DNA of 64,000 bases from Vulcanimicrobiota bacterium (lineage in GTDB: Bacteria > Vulcanimicrobiota > Vulcanimicrobiia > Vulcanimicrobiales > Vulcanimicrobiaceae). The stretch is taken from the NCBI GenBank assembly GCA_963812155.1, contig CAWETW010000003.1, positions 896,001 through 960,000 of the forward strand. Direction: 5' to 3'. This document shows, one piece after another, positions 31,262 to 40,783 of this stretch. Below the pieces are notes generated by a model. The model ran no database searches. It saw only the letters and a program-made list of their open reading frames with translations, and had not been told where the DNA came from. The stretch's first letter is position 1, and the number at the start of each line of letters is the position of its first letter. The translations under genes were made by a program, and so were the position numbers.

Positions 31262-32278
31262 GTGGCGACACTCTCGAGCAACGTAGGGAGCGTTCCTTGG
31301 CTGCGCGAGTTCCTGACGTGCGGCATCGTCGACCTAGGTTCGTCCGATCTGCGCCTGGACGGCATATTTGCTCCGGAGAACGACGCAAATGCCGAACGCG
31401 TCGGCATCACCGATCAGTTTCTCGCGAATGCCGAAAAGTACGACGAGACGTACAGCAACACCGCCCATTTCAAGCACCTGTTCGAAGAGGCTTTTCGAAG
31501 CGTCCGGTACTCGCCCGGTTCGGCGGCGACGATTCTCGACATCGGCTGCGGCTCGGGTGCGAACTCGGTCGTGCCGTGCCTGCAGTTGTTCCCCGGCTGC
31601 CGCGTCGTGGCGTCGGATCTCTCACCCGACTTGCTACGACTGCTTCGAGCATATCTACGGAGCGAGAATCTCGAGGACCGGGTCGCGTGCTTTTGCGCCG
31701 ACGCAATGAACGACTACTTTCAAGCCGAACGATTCGACGTCGTGGTCGGAGCGGCGATTCTGCACCACGTCCTGGATCCGATCCGCACGTTGACGACCGC
31801 CTCCCGCGCATTGCGTCCCGGAGGCATCGCAATATTTTTCGAACCCTTTGAAGGCATGGCGCTGGTCCGAATTGCGTTTACGCTCATCCTCGAGCGAGCG
31901 GCTCGCGAGCAGCAGCCGCTCGATCAAAAGGTCGCGGATTTCCTTAAAGCGATGATCGTCGACATCGAGGCCCGCACCGGAGCGGACAAATCGCACGAGA
32001 TGTTCCGTTACATGGACGACAAGTGGCTCTTCACGCGGAGCTACATGGAAGAGGCGGCGGCCGCAACGAACTTCTCGTCGCTGCGCATCGTTCCCCACGC
32101 CCGCGACGGACACTTCATGCACAACTACGTCGTGCAGTTGCTGCGGCTCGGAATCAATGGGGATTCGAGCGCGCTTCCCGGATGGGCGTGGGAGACGATT
32201 CAAACGTTCGACGGCGCATTCTCGCCCGAAATGAAAGCCGAGTTGTCGTTCGAGAACACGGTCGTCTTGCAAAAGTAA
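31262..32278 (+). CDS. Class I SAM-dependent methyltransferase
   Basis: ILDIGCGSG, VVASDLS, FDVVVGAAILHH and LRPGGIAIFFEP. Confidence 0.9.
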   Translation: MATLSSNVGSVPWLREFLTCGIVDLGSSDLRLDGIFAPENDANAERVGITDQFLANAEKYDETYSNTAHFKHLFEEAFRSVRYSPGSAATILDIGCGSGANSVVPCLQLFPGCRVVASDLSPDLLRLLRAYLRSENLEDRVACFCADAMNDYFQAERFDVVVGAAILHHVLDPIRTLTTASRALRPGGIAIFFEPFEGMALVRIAFTLILERAAREQQPLDQKVADFLKAMIVDIEARTGADKSHEMFRYMDDKWLFTRSYMEEAAAATNFSSLRIVPHARDGHFMHNYVVQLLRLGINGDSSALPGWAWETIQTFDGAFSPEMKAELSFENTVVLQK

Positions 32279-32282
32279 TGCG

Positions 32283-32852
32283 TTAGCGACCGCCGGCGGC
32301 GCGTTCCACCATAGTTACCGCAGAATTCATGCGTTCGCCACCACCGCTGCGAACCGCCATGCGCATCCACGCAAGGCCATCGATTTGCTGCACCGCGCTA
32401 CGAATCATCCATTGGTCGCGTTCGCTGCCGTGCAACAGCGGGTAGATACCCGCCGCCTGACGCAGCGTTTCGGCGAAGTAGCCGGCGTCGAACCAAGCCG
32501 CTGGACTTTCCGTGCCGGCAGCTTGAGCGTTTACGACGCGAGCCATCAGCGCGATCGTCAAGGAATCTGCGAGGGCGGACCCGCGTGCCGAATAAATGGC
32601 GGCGCGACGCAGCGTTTCCATGCGCACGTCGAGCGGAGCGCTGGGTGCGAGCAGCGCGAGTGTGTCGCGCTGAAGTTGCGCCACGTCGTATGACGCGAGG
32701 ACACCGTTCCAGCTTTGCGTGGCGGCCCAGGGCAGCGACGCCTGAGAACCGATCGGAATGGTATGGCAGATGAGCGGCGGTCCGGCCCAAGCCGGCGACG
32801 CGGCGAGCGCGCTCAGGAAACCGAACGTAGCGATGAGGCGTGTGAGACGCAT
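32283..32852 (-). CDS. Hypothetical secreted protein
   Basis: SD AAAGGAG. Signal peptide ending AWA, then GPPLICH, RMETLRRAAIY and WFDAGYFAE. Confidence 0.75.
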   Translation of the reverse strand: MRLTRLIATFGFLSALAASPAWAGPPLICHTIPIGSQASLPWAATQSWNGVLASYDVAQLQRDTLALLAPSAPLDVRMETLRRAAIYSARGSALADSLTIALMARVVNAQAAGTESPAAWFDAGYFAETLRQAAGIYPLLHGSERDQWMIRSAVQQIDGLAWMRMAVRSGGGERMNSAVTMVERAAGGR

Positions 32853-32948
32853 GTGCCGTCTCCTTTCTGCTATAATCCTGGCACGATGGAGCGCGTAAAA
32901 CGAGTAACGGCCGGCGTTTGCCGGCGTAACTTACGGTAAAATCGCCGC

Positions 32949-33809
32949 ATGGAAGAGCCGGCAGACGCCGCCATCCGCGCTCACGTCGAGCGGATCACGT
33001 CGAGCGAACTCTTCGCGGCCGCCGAGCGGCTCTGCCGTTTCCTGCGCTTCACCGTAGAATGTACGCTGACCGGCCGCACCCACGAAGTGAAGGAGTACGT
33101 CGTGGGCCGGGAAGTCTTCGATCGCGGCGACGGCTACGATCCTCGCGTCGATCCAATCGTGCGCGTAGAGGCGCGGCGTCTGCGTTCGCGGCTGGCCGAA
33201 TACTACGGCGGACCGGGGCGCAGCGAGACGATGCGAATCGAATACCCGAAGGGCGGATACGTGCCGCTGATTCGCATTGCCGAACCGTCTGTGGGAACGG
33301 CCGCTCGCAGGTCACAGCGTTGGTTGATCGCGATCGCCGCTGCGGCGGCCGTGGTTATCGCCGCTTTTGTCGCGAGTCGCAAGCCGCCGGACGTCGTCGT
33401 CGCGCCGATTCCGACGACCTGGATCGAGCCGAACGACGGCACGCTCGAAACCGTCGACGTGGCGCTGGCCGAGAATCTCGATGCCGAGCTTGCAAATCAG
33501 CGCGGGACGCGCGTCGTCGCGTGGCCGGAGATCGTGCGCAGCAAGGGATTGCGGCTCATGGCGCTGCGCGATTTCGCCTCCGGATTGGCGGCGAACCGGC
33601 TCTTGCTGATCATCGTACGCGACCAAGGGAACACCAAGCTCGTTCGGGTTTTCGCCGTCGACGAGCCGTCCGGCCGGAAGCGCTTGGCGTTGACCTATGC
33701 CACGCCTGCGCTCGCGACGTTCGCGCAGCAGTCCGCGCTGGCCGCTCGCATCGCCATCGATCTCGGTCTGCAGAAGGCGGGCTCGGCCGATCCGGAGCGG
33801 CCCGACTAA
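32949..33809 (+). CDS. Membrane-anchored one-component regulator-like protein (winged-helix-like N-terminus, one TM, extracytoplasmic domain)
   Basis: ERLCRFLRFTVE, KEYVVGREVFDR, YDPRVDPIVRVEARRLRSRLAEYY and IEYPKGGYVP, then TM WLIAIAAAAAVVIAAFVA. Confidence 0.75.
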   Translation: MEEPADAAIRAHVERITSSELFAAAERLCRFLRFTVECTLTGRTHEVKEYVVGREVFDRGDGYDPRVDPIVRVEARRLRSRLAEYYGGPGRSETMRIEYPKGGYVPLIRIAEPSVGTAARRSQRWLIAIAAAAAVVIAAFVASRKPPDVVVAPIPTTWIEPNDGTLETVDVALAENLDAELANQRGTRVVAWPEIVRSKGLRLMALRDFASGLAANRLLLIIVRDQGNTKLVRVFAVDEPSGRKRLALTYATPALATFAQQSALAARIAIDLGLQKAGSADPERPD

Positions 33810-35234
33810 TGCGCGGCCTGCTTGTATGGCTCTTACTCGCATTGGCTGCGATGGCGCGCGCTGCAATGGCCGCGGATCCCGATGACGCGTTCTTCGTTCG
33901 CGCGGGCAACGAGGCGATTTCCACCCGAGCGACGCCGGGCCTCGCGCTATCGGTCGTGCGTCACGGAACCATCGCGTTTGAAGGCGGATTCGGGTCCTCC
34001 GACACCGCCACGAATGCCGCGGTAACGGCAAGGACGCGCTTTGCGATCGGCTCGTTGACCAAGCAACTCACTGCTGCGGCTATCGAACTGCTTGCCCGCG
34101 ACGGCAAGCTGTCGCTCGACGACCGGCTCGCGACATTCGTACCATCGCTTCCGAACGCACAAGCCATCACCGTACGGATGCTGCTGCTGCAAAACAGCGG
34201 ACTGCACAACTACCCCGATACGCGCGAGCACGATTGGCCGATGCGCGGTCCGGTGGCGACTTCGTCGATTATCGCGACGCTAGCAACCGATAAACCCGAC
34301 TTCGCGCCGGGCACGCAATGGGAGTACAGCAACGCGAACTACGCAGCGCTGGCAGCCGTCGCCGAAAGCGCCGGAGCTCTGCCCTTCGGTGAACTGCTCC
34401 AACGGCGCATCTTCACACCGCTGCGCATGCAGCAAAGCGGTTACGGATATGCCGCGCAAATTTCGAGCTCGGTTGCGACGGGTTACCGGAACGGCGTCGT
34501 GGAGGAGCCGCTGGTTAGTCTCGATCTTTTCAGCGGCGCCGGCGGAGCGGTATCGACGGCGCACGACCTCGCGCTCTGGGACGAAGCGCTGCTGGCCGGC
34601 ACGCTGCTGTCGAAATCGTACCTCGACGACGTCTGGCGCGACGGCGTTCCGACCGGCCAAGGTGACGGCCGGTACGCAATGGGATGGTCGTTGACACATC
34701 TCGGGGGTCATCGCGAACTGTGGCACAACGGGCTGGCGCCGGGCGCCGGCGGCTACTGCTTCAATGCCGTGTTCCCCGACGACGCGCTGGCGATTGCCGT
34801 GCTCACCAACGGATTCGGCGCGGAAGGTCTGCCGGAGCGGATGACGCGCCAAATCGCCGCGGCGTACGGAATCGGCTCTCCGCCGCCGGCGCCGGCCGCG
34901 CCCTCCGCTACGCCGTCCGCCGCGCCGAACGATAACGCCGCTGCGGATGCGCTCGCGCGCGCGTTCTGGGACGGCCTGGCATCGGGCACGATCGATCGCA
35001 GTAAACTCACGCCGGAGTTTTCAACCGCACTGACGCCGGTCGCTGTTGGGCCAGGTAAAACAGGGCATTGCCTTGTTCGGCACGCTGCAATCTTTTACGT
35101 TCGTGGGAACGACCGCCGGGCAAGGTGGAACGATCTACCGCTATTCGCTCGTTTTCGCTGGCGGCGCCGTGCACGAGTGGGACGTCGCATTCACGACGGA
35201 CATGAAGATTGCGGGATCGCGGCTGGTGTCGTAG
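33809..35234 (+). CDS. Secreted serine hydrolase, beta-lactamase/AmpC family (frameshift ~35040)
   Basis: SxxK in FAIGSLTKQ, YxN in WEYSNANY, and WHNG. Signal peptide. TAATG coupling to the regulator. Confidence 0.9.
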
Positions 35235-35249
35235 CGACGATCGCGCCGG

Positions 35250-35828
35250 TCACTTCTTGGAGATGCGGCGTTCGATGCGCCGGTCGGGAATAAGCCAAAG
35301 CGCGGCGACCGCGACGTAGAGCGCGTCGGAAATCCAGTGATTGACGAACGCGAGCGCGATGGCGACGGCGTAGAGCAGCAGCGAGATCCGGCCTTTGAGG
35401 TCGCTCCCGACGGCTTGCGCCAGGAGTGATTCCGAGCCGTTGGCGGCGATGAGCGCCCCCTGCAGTATCGAGTAGGCGATTGCTGCGAAAATCAGGACGC
35501 AGCCGTAGACCGCGGTAGGAATTGCGGCAAAGTGATTCTCGCCCATCCAGGCGGTCGTAAACGGAATCAGCGAAAGCCAGAAGAGCAGATGCAGATTCGA
35601 CCACAGCACCCGGCCGTCGACGCGCTCGGCCGCGTAGAGCATGTGATGGTGGTTGTTCCAGTAAATGCCGAGATACACGAAGCTCAACACGTAAACGAGG
35701 AAGACGGGCAGCGTGGCGCGCAGCGCGGCGAGATCGCTTCCATGCGGAGCCTTCATCTCCAGCACCATGATCGTGATGATCACGGCGATGACGCCGTCGC
35801 TGAACGCCTCCATGCGCCCCTTACTCAC
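35250..35828 (-). CDS. TMEM175 family K+ channel
   Basis: RMEAFSDGVIAVIITIMVLE, YVLSFVYLGIYWNNHH and LIPFTT. Confidence 0.93.
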   Translation of the reverse strand: MSKGRMEAFSDGVIAVIITIMVLEMKAPHGSDLAALRATLPVFLVYVLSFVYLGIYWNNHHHMLYAAERVDGRVLWSNLHLLFWLSLIPFTTAWMGENHFAAIPTAVYGCVLIFAAIAYSILQGALIAANGSESLLAQAVGSDLKGRISLLLYAVAIALAFVNHWISDALYVAVAALWLIPDRRIERRISKK

Positions 35829-35916
35829 GCCGCAGCCTTTGCGGGCGGTGCGAAACCGCCCCTGCCCATCGCATGCGATGGGAGCGTTTTCGCTACACGC
35901 AGCGAACTGCGCCGCG

Positions 35917-36393
35917 ATGAAATGCTACTTCCTACGGCACGGGTTAGCGGCCGACCCCGCGCGATGGGAAGGCCGGGATGCCGACCGGCCGCTGACGCGC
36001 GAGGGTAAAGATCGCATGGCGCGCGAGGCGAAATCCATTGCCGCGCTGTCCCTGAAACTCGACGCAATCGTGAGCAGTCCACTGCTGCGCGCTCAGCAGA
36101 CGGCAGAAATCGTTGCGGCGCAACTCGGGATGCCCGTGCAGACCGATCCGCGCCTCGGCATCGGCTTCGACATCCGCGCGCTTGGCGAGATTCTTGCCGA
36201 ACGCCGGAGCTGCGACGCCGTCATGTTGGTAGGGCACGAACCGGGAATGAGCATGACGATCGGCGCCGCGTCGGGCGGGAGCCGCGTCGTGCTAAAGAAG
36301 GGCGGCCTTGCGTGTCTGGAGTTCGCCGACGTGGAAGGTTGCCACGGCGAATTGCTGTGGCTCGTGCCGCCGAAGATTCTCGCCGGTTCCTAA
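35917..36393 (+). CDS. sixA: SixA-like phosphohistidine phosphatase
   Basis: YFLRHGLA, DRPLTREG, SSPLLRAQQTAE and LVGHEPG. Confidence 0.85.
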   Translation: MKCYFLRHGLAADPARWEGRDADRPLTREGKDRMAREAKSIAALSLKLDAIVSSPLLRAQQTAEIVAAQLGMPVQTDPRLGIGFDIRALGEILAERRSCDAVMLVGHEPGMSMTIGAASGGSRVVLKKGGLACLEFADVEGCHGELLWLVPPKILAGS

Positions 36394-37394
36394 GGACGCA
36401 GCGACGAGGCGTCCGCTGCCGCGAGCTCTTTCAGACGGGTCTGCGGACGCGCGCCGAAGTGGCTGATGGCTTCGGCGGCGGCGAGACTTCCGAGCTGCCC
36501 GCACTCACGCAATCCCGCACCGTGTGTGAGCCCATAGAGGAAGCCCGCGGCGTAAAGATCGCCGGCGCCGGTCGTGTCGACGACCGGACCGACACGCACG
36601 GCGCGAGTTTCGATCACGTCGTCGCGGGCGATCACGAGTGAGCCGTCGGCGCCGAGCGTCAGCGCGGCAAGGTTGGTGAGTGCCCGCAAGCCCGTAACGA
36701 CGTCGTCGAGATCGTCGGTTTGCAGCAATGCCGACGCCTCCGCGAAATTGGCGAAGAGGACGTCGACGTGGCGCTCGACGAGCGTCAGGAACGCTTCGCG
36801 ATGGCGGTTGACGCAGAACGGGTCGGAAAGACTCAGCGCGATCCGGCGGCGCGCGGCGTGGGCGAGGCCGGCAGCGACGTGAAACGCGCGCTTGGCCGAC
36901 GCTGCATCGTAGAGGTATCCTTCTAAGTACGTGATCTCTGCCGCGCTGACGAGATCGGCGTCGACGTCTTCGGCGGCGAGCTGTGCCGAGGCGCCGAGAA
37001 ATGTGTTCATCGTCCGCTGAGAGTCGGGCGTCACCAGGACGAGACAGCGCGCGGTCGCCGGCCCGCTCGACGCCGGCGGCGTCGTGAAGCGCGCGCCGGC
37101 TGCCGTGATGTCGTGACGGAACGCCGTCCCTAGCGCATCATCGCGGACTTTGCCAATGAAGCCCGTTCGCCCGCCAAAGGAAGCAATGCCTGCGATCGTA
37201 TTGGCTGCCGATCCGCCCGAACTGATGACGGCGGCGTTCATACCGGCGTAGATCGCCTCAGCGCGCTCCTCGTCGATCAGTGCCATCGCGCCCTTATGCA
37301 TGCCGTGCGCGATCAGAAACTCGTCGCTTTCCGAGGCGATGACGTCGACGATGGCGTTCCCGATGCCGACGACGTCGAGCGAGGCCTTTCCCAT
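36390..37394 (-). CDS. PfkB family kinase, adenosine kinase-like
   Basis: GIGNAIVDV, GGSAANT, QRTMNTFLGA, YLEGYLYD and DTTGAGDLYAAGF. Confidence 0.9.
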   Translation of the reverse strand: MGKASLDVVGIGNAIVDVIASESDEFLIAHGMHKGAMALIDEERAEAIYAGMNAAVISSGGSAANTIAGIASFGGRTGFIGKVRDDALGTAFRHDITAAGARFTTPPASSGPATARCLVLVTPDSQRTMNTFLGASAQLAAEDVDADLVSAAEITYLEGYLYDAASAKRAFHVAAGLAHAARRRIALSLSDPFCVNRHREAFLTLVERHVDVLFANFAEASALLQTDDLDDVVTGLRALTNLAALTLGADGSLVIARDDVIETRAVRVGPVVDTTGAGDLYAAGFLYGLTHGAGLRECGQLGSLAAAEAISHFGARPQTRLKELAAADASSLRP

Positions 37395-37531
37395 GCGGCC
37401 CCGGTTTCCGAATCTTCCGCCCTTCTCCCCGTGGGCGCGCCACCGAACGAAGGCTGGAGGGGAGGGGGTGTGCGCTCGAGCGAACGGTCATCTTCAGGGT
37501 TGCCGCCGCGTGGCGGCAGAAGGAGCCAGCG

Positions 37532-37993
37532 ATGAAGGTTCGCCTTTTACGCTTTTCGGTGACGGCGCTTACAGCCGTCGCCCTCTTCACGTTCTCGTCG
37601 ACGCTTGCCGCGCGCGCCGAAGGTACGGCGCGCATTCAACAGGCCGACGGAACGGTGAACGTCTATCAAGACGTCAAGATTCAAATCGTTCACAATACGC
37701 TGGCGATGACGACGGCGGACGGAAAGGGCACGCTGATGATTTATCGTGCCGCTTGCGCGTACCAAGGTGACATCTACGTCTGCCTGCCGACCGGTGCGAC
37801 GCTCGTCCAGGGCGGATCGGTGAATCCGATCAATATCGTCCGCGGTACGGTGTACGCAAACTTGACCGACGAAATGCATCAGCTTTCGCTCTCCACCATG
37901 CAGATGGCCGCGCACAGCATCATGATGGCGATAAAGACAAAGCGCGGGACCTATGTGACCCTGAGCGGTACGATCGACAAGGTGAAGAAATGA
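37532..37993 (+). CDS. Hypothetical secreted beta-rich protein
   Basis: SD AAGGAG. Signal peptide ending ARA, alternating-residue strands and a Cys pair. Confidence 0.75.
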   Translation: MKVRLLRFSVTALTAVALFTFSSTLAARAEGTARIQQADGTVNVYQDVKIQIVHNTLAMTTADGKGTLMIYRAACAYQGDIYVCLPTGATLVQGGSVNPINIVRGTVYANLTDEMHQLSLSTMQMAAHSIMMAIKTKRGTYVTLSGTIDKVKK

Positions 37994-38907
37994 AACATGT
38001 AGCGGCTCTTCTCGCTCTCGTAATGCTTTTGGCGCCGATCTCCGCCTCCGCCGGACGCGGCGGGGGTGGAGGGCGAGGCGGTGGCGGTGGTGGCGGCGGC
38101 GGACGCGGCGGCGGCGGTGGCGGCGGCGGGCGATCGGCTCCGGCCGCGCGGTCGGCCCCGCAGCGGTCCGCCGGCGGCGGCGGTGGATTCAACATGAGCA
38201 ACGACGTTCGTTCGCGTCCTCCGCAGGCTTCGCAGCGTCCCGCGCAGCCGGCGCAGCGACCCGGTAACAGCAACGTTCAGCGGCCGAACAACGGCAACGC
38301 GAATAACGGTAACCGTGGCAACAACAACGTCAACGGTAACCGCGGCAACAACAACGGCAACGGTAACCGTGGCAACAACAACGGCAACGGTAACCGCGGC
38401 AACAATAACGGCGGCAACCGCAACAATAACAATAGCGGCGGGAATCGCAACAACGGGAACAACAACGGCAACCGCACGAACGTCAACACCGGTAATCGCA
38501 ACAACGTCAACGTCAGCGGAAACACCGTAAACCGCAACGTCGTCGCTAACCCCGTGTATGGCGGCGGCGGAGCCTGGGGATGGAACCATGGCGCCGTGTG
38601 GGCCCCGGCGGGAGCGTACTGGGGCGGCGGATTCTGGGGTGCGCTCGCGATCGGAGCAACTTCGGCTGCGATCTACGGATCGATCGTTTCGAACGGCACA
38701 ACGTACAACTCATATCACGTTGAGCCCAACACTCCGGGCTCGACGTTCCTTTCAAGCTATCAGCTCGTGCAGGTAGAGTGCGGAGGGTCCGGCTTAGTCG
38801 TCGTGTACGGGCCGTCAAACAGCGTCATCTGTGCGAATCCGAACAACAACGTTTCCGCCGGGAGCTACCAGCTCAACACGGAGACGCTCGCGCTTAGTCC
38901 AATGTAG
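37990..38907 (+). CDS. Secreted Gly/Asn-rich low-complexity protein
   Basis: Signal peptide ending ASA, poly-Gly, (NGNRGNNNG) repeats, a Trp/Gly segment and a globular C-terminus. ATGA overlap with the upstream gene. Confidence 0.8.
   Translation: MKHVAALLALVMLLAPISASAGRGGGGGRGGGGGGGGGRGGGGGGGGRSAPAARSAPQRSAGGGGGFNMSNDVRSRPPQASQRPAQPAQRPGNSNVQRPNNGNANNGNRGNNNVNGNRGNNNGNGNRGNNNGNGNRGNNNGGNRNNNNSGGNRNNGNNNGNRTNVNTGNRNNVNVSGNTVNRNVVANPVYGGGGAWGWNHGAVWAPAGAYWGGGFWGALAIGATSAAIYGSIVSNGTTYNSYHVEPNTPGSTFLSSYQLVQVECGGSGLVVVYGPSNSVICANPNNNVSAGSYQLNTETLALSPM
38305..38412 (+). repeat. Four 27-bp coding tandem repeats (AACGGTAACCGYGGCAACAAYAACGKC)
   Basis: Units start at 38305, 38332, 38359 and 38386. 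Confidence 0.9.
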
Positions 38908-38924
38908 CGTCAGCACGGCGCCGG

Positions 38925-40694
38925 TTAGTACGCCGGCGCCGTGTCGGTCGACATGTCGTTAAGATGCCAGCGCGCGTCGTCGAACAGCGTGCGCTGCGTC
39001 ACGTTCGCGGCTAGAGAGCGGAACGTCGGATCCGAGCGATTCCAATACGCGATCAGCGAACCGGCGTATTCGTACTCCTTGACGATGTCGGAGTGCTCGA
39101 CGCCGGCGGCGTCGGTTCCCAACAAGCAGCGCACGCGCCGCTCGAGCAGGAACTTCAGCGTCGCATTTCCGAGAATCGGCCCGACGCTCAAATCGTCGTT
39201 GGGATTCGAAACCAGCATGCGCAGAAGGTCGTTGAGTTCGAAGTTCGTTCCCTCGGTGCGCAGCAGCGGCGAAATGACACTCATCACGGCGGCCTGGCCG
39301 AGCGGCATGCGCGAGATCGGGTAGGCGCCGGTGGCCACGTTGCTCTCGAGACTCACATCGGCTTCGACGCCCTCGTCATGCATGGCGACGGCCTGCGCGT
39401 CGTTCGCCCACGTGTCGTGTGCGAGGCGAAAGACGACATAGTTCGCGGCATCGGGATGATTGCGTTCGAAGGCTGCAATCGCGGTGAGGAGCGTTGAGAT
39501 GTTGGTCGCCGCCTGGCCGGAATTCGTGAGCGTCGCCGGCAGCGAGGAGAATGCGTTGCCGAAGCTCCACGGCTGAACCGGGGGCGCCGGCGCGTAGTTG
39601 ATCGTTCCGCCTTCCCCGACGTGGGTGTGCACGAGCAGTTTACCGTGCCAACCCTCCGAGCGTCGCACTTTCGCCGCATCGTAGACCGCTTGCACGAGCT
39701 GCTCGTAATACGCCATGCCGTCGGGCGTGAAACAGGTCGTTTCCGGCCCGGCGGTGTCGATGCCGGCGACGCTTTGGAAGAAGGCTTGCCGGCGATCGGC
39801 ATCGACGACGCTGTTCCCGTTGTCGTCTAGTCCGAGCAGTGCATGGTAGATTGTAGACGGTGACGTTTGCAGCGCTGCCGGAAGGGGGACGGGCGCGCAC
39901 GCGCCGGTTTTCGACCACTCGCTATACTCTGATCCGCCCGGAAGCGTCGCGAGCTGCGACGTGTGCGTCATCAGAACGAAGGTCACGACCGGCATCGATT
40001 TTCCCATCGCGCGCAGTCCGGCAGCGACGTGCGGATCGCTCCCGGCGTTCATCGCACACAGGATCGTGTTCAACTTCGTGGAGCGGCCGTCCGCGAACCC
40101 CCATCCGCCGATGAACGGAAGCGACTGCTCCGAAACGTCGATGTTCGTGGCAGCGAGATCCAGGATTGTGGCGTGGCAGAGATCGGTCTCGAGTTCGTCG
40201 TCGTTGCCGGAATAGAAGCGCTCCTTCAAATAGTCGTACGCCGGGCCGCCGCGAAACGCGTAGGCGCTGTCGAACTCGGTCCAGGGTGTGGCGGTGAGGA
40301 TGCGTTCGAGCGCTCCGTCGAGTGCGATGACGCTGCCGACTACCTCATCGCGATAGACGACGAGAGCGGCGCGCGCTCCGAGCGAGTAGCGCTGCCCGTC
40401 GGCGGGCGAAAAAAGACGGTTGCCCAACTCGCTGCGATGCTGCGGATACCACACGCCGGCGATGTACTTGTAGAGCGCCAGCCGGTCGTCGTACCCGACC
40501 GCTGTGGACGATTGGGACATGCGAGCGATGAACGCGGGCAAATCCGCATAGGCGTAGTACGGCAAGATCCCCGTGAAGTGATTGTGCGCGTCGAAGTAGG
40601 TTTCCGTCTGCGCGTGCGTCGCACCGGCCGTGCAGGCAAAGGCAATCGTCGCAGCGGCAAGCGCTGCAAGGTGCTTGAGGATGCGGCGTTTCAT
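38925..40694 (-). CDS. Secreted adenosine-deaminase-like metallo-amidohydrolase
   Basis: Signal peptide. HxH in DAHNHFTG, plus GIDTAGPE, HTHVGEG, RLAHD, SLESN and LGTDAAG. Confidence 0.72.
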   Translation of the reverse strand: MKRRILKHLAALAAATIAFACTAGATHAQTETYFDAHNHFTGILPYYAYADLPAFIARMSQSSTAVGYDDRLALYKYIAGVWYPQHRSELGNRLFSPADGQRYSLGARAALVVYRDEVVGSVIALDGALERILTATPWTEFDSAYAFRGGPAYDYLKERFYSGNDDELETDLCHATILDLAATNIDVSEQSLPFIGGWGFADGRSTKLNTILCAMNAGSDPHVAAGLRAMGKSMPVVTFVLMTHTSQLATLPGGSEYSEWSKTGACAPVPLPAALQTSPSTIYHALLGLDDNGNSVVDADRRQAFFQSVAGIDTAGPETTCFTPDGMAYYEQLVQAVYDAAKVRRSEGWHGKLLVHTHVGEGGTINYAPAPPVQPWSFGNAFSSLPATLTNSGQAATNISTLLTAIAAFERNHPDAANYVVFRLAHDTWANDAQAVAMHDEGVEADVSLESNVATGAYPISRMPLGQAAVMSVISPLLRTEGTNFELNDLLRMLVSNPNDDLSVGPILGNATLKFLLERRVRCLLGTDAAGVEHSDIVKEYEYAGSLIAYWNRSDPTFRSLAANVTQRTLFDDARWHLNDMSTDTAPAY

Positions 40695-40783
40695 CCGCGT
40701 GACTCGCGTAGGAACCAATCGAACGGCCTCGTGCGAAAGGGCGCGCCGTAGGAGTCGCGCTCGTCTTCCGTCAAGCAACTACC

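Noticed and set aside
33059..33808. 744-aa ORF extending the serine hydrolase upstream
   Set aside because: The extension is Arg-rich off-frame sequence over the regulator. The signal peptide begins at ATG 33809.
38050..38540. CRISPR-like or non-coding repeat array
   Set aside because: The repeats are contiguous, in-frame multiples of three with synonymous variation. There are no spacers or cas genes.
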